Assembly: GCA_965261775.1 (NCBI GenBank)
Contig: OZ253477.1
Location: 933,239-997,238 of the forward strand
Source of the DNA: Gammaproteobacteria bacterium
GTDB lineage: Bacteria > Pseudomonadota > Gammaproteobacteria > Eutrophobiales > Eutrophobiaceae
Length of the DNA: 64,000 nucleotides
Reading direction: 5' to 3'
Shown: positions 63,091 through 64,000 of the stretch, one piece after another
Layout of the letters: each line of letters begins with the position of its first letter
Position numbering within the stretch: the stretch's first letter is position 1
The notes under the pieces: model-generated
Database searches by the model: none
Told to the model about the DNA's origin: nothing
The model's input: the letters and a program-made list of their open reading frames with translations, nothing else
Made by a program: the position numbers and the translations under genes

Positions 63091-63840
63091 TGTAGCGGAC
63101 TGGCGACAGACCGGACAGGCCGGATCTTTTCTTAAAACGGCCTGGTGAAATTCCATGTGCAAGGCGTCAATGAGCAGCAATCTACCCTGCAAATTCGTGC
63201 CGATGCCCATCAATAATTTCAGAGCTTCATTTGCCTGGATACTGCCGATGATGCCGACTAACGACGCTATCACGCCGTTGGCCATACAGGTTCCCTCTGT
63301 GGACATATCCTCATTGTACAGACAGCGGTAGCAGGGGGAATCCGCCTGGCGCGGGTCAAAGACCGATACCTGGCCTTCAAAACGAATGGCGGCGCCGGAA
63401 ACCAACGGCGTGCCAGTCTTTACCGAAGCACCGTTCAAGGCAAAACGGGTCTTGAAATTATCTGAAGCGTCAAGAATAACATCAGCCCTGTCAGCCTGTT
63501 CCAGCAGAACTGTTTCCGCCAGCGCCTGGTTGACACATTCAATTTTGATATCAGGATTGATTGCCGTCAGATGGTCAAAGGCGGATACTGTCTTGAGGCG
63601 TCCAATATCGGAGGTCGTATGTACAATCTGACGCTGCAGATTGCTTAAATCCACCTTGTCAAAATCCGCCAGTGCGATGTGCCCGACACCGGCGGCGGCA
63701 AGGTAAATGGAAACCGGCGAACCCAGCCCGCCAAGACCAACGATCAAGGCGCGCGACTGATTTAACTTTTCCTGACCAGCGACATCAATTTCCGGCAACA
63801 TCATATGCCGGCTGTATCTCAGAAGTTGATCGTCATTCAT
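63085..63840 (-). CDS. moeB: molybdopterin-synthase adenylyltransferase (E1-like MoeB/ThiF family)
   Basis: RYSRHMML, GLGGLGSP nucleotide loop, C-terminal CxxC...CxxC. 251 aa. Confidence 0.85.
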   Translation of the reverse strand: MNDDQLLRYSRHMMLPEIDVAGQEKLNQSRALIVGLGGLGSPVSIYLAAAGVGHIALADFDKVDLSNLQRQIVHTTSDIGRLKTVSAFDHLTAINPDIKIECVNQALAETVLLEQADRADVILDASDNFKTRFALNGASVKTGTPLVSGAAIRFEGQVSVFDPRQADSPCYRCLYNEDMSTEGTCMANGVIASLVGIIGSIQANEALKLLMGIGTNLQGRLLLIDALHMEFHQAVLRKDPACPVCRQSATL

Positions 63841-63867
63841 AAAGGCTTGAACCCACTCAAATGATAG

Positions 63868-64000
63868 CTAAAGCGACGCTACGTGGATGAGCGAGGTGTG
63901 GGAGGCGTGGATCATGGAAATTGATGATGCCATGCCGAGACCTGTACGGCTCCCATAGCAAATTTCAAGGACATTGGCCCATGCTCATGCGCTCGTGGGA
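63868..64000 (-). CDS. 3' end of an unidentified minus-strand gene running off the window
   Basis: Open minus-strand frame ending in TAG at 63868-63870. Identity not determinable from 44 codons. Confidence 0.25.

Overview
This reads as about 64 kb of proteobacterial chromosome, probably gammaproteobacterial, and densely packed. I infer this from E. coli/Pseudomonas-type gene neighbourhoods: tesA next to divergent ybbA-ybbP, trxA-rho, lptM-lysA, cytochrome c4-dsbA-engB, glyQS and gltBD. Most of the window is housekeeping. This includes sulfate activation (cysDN), chaperones (groESL), rho/trxA, heme biosynthesis (hemH, hemB, hemE), iron storage and uptake (bfr, bfd, fbpABC with Fur boxes), glyQS, gltBD and lysA. 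I found no rRNA, tRNA, CRISPR array, transposase or integrase.

The following do not look like ordinary core genome:
- A three-unit tandem amplification at about 52.4-56.7 kb, between prlC and bfr. Each unit is LemA followed by a double-transmembrane protein with a canonical EF-hand loop. The three paralogs carry localised hypervariable patches. Two of the lemA copies are reduced to the same recombination-deletion miniprotein, and the 5' end of prlC was duplicated along with the units.
- A roughly 640-bp two-gene mini-cassette at 509-1177 (a lipoprotein plus a 57-aa CxCGCG peptide), bracketed by three copies of a 27-35-bp direct repeat.
- A fatty-acid-hydroxylase plus ArsM-like methyltransferase operon.
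- A Ser/Thr kinase divergent from two tandem DUF4124 secreted paralogs.
- A self-complementary CCCCTG/CAGGGG minisatellite between the cysDN and groESL promoters.
- A 2-kb stretch of gltB with at least six ±1 frameshifts, which is either a pseudogene or a local sequence error.
- A CysN carrying a vestigial APS-kinase-like tail.
- An AT-rich gap containing a palindromic pair of perfect DnaA boxes.
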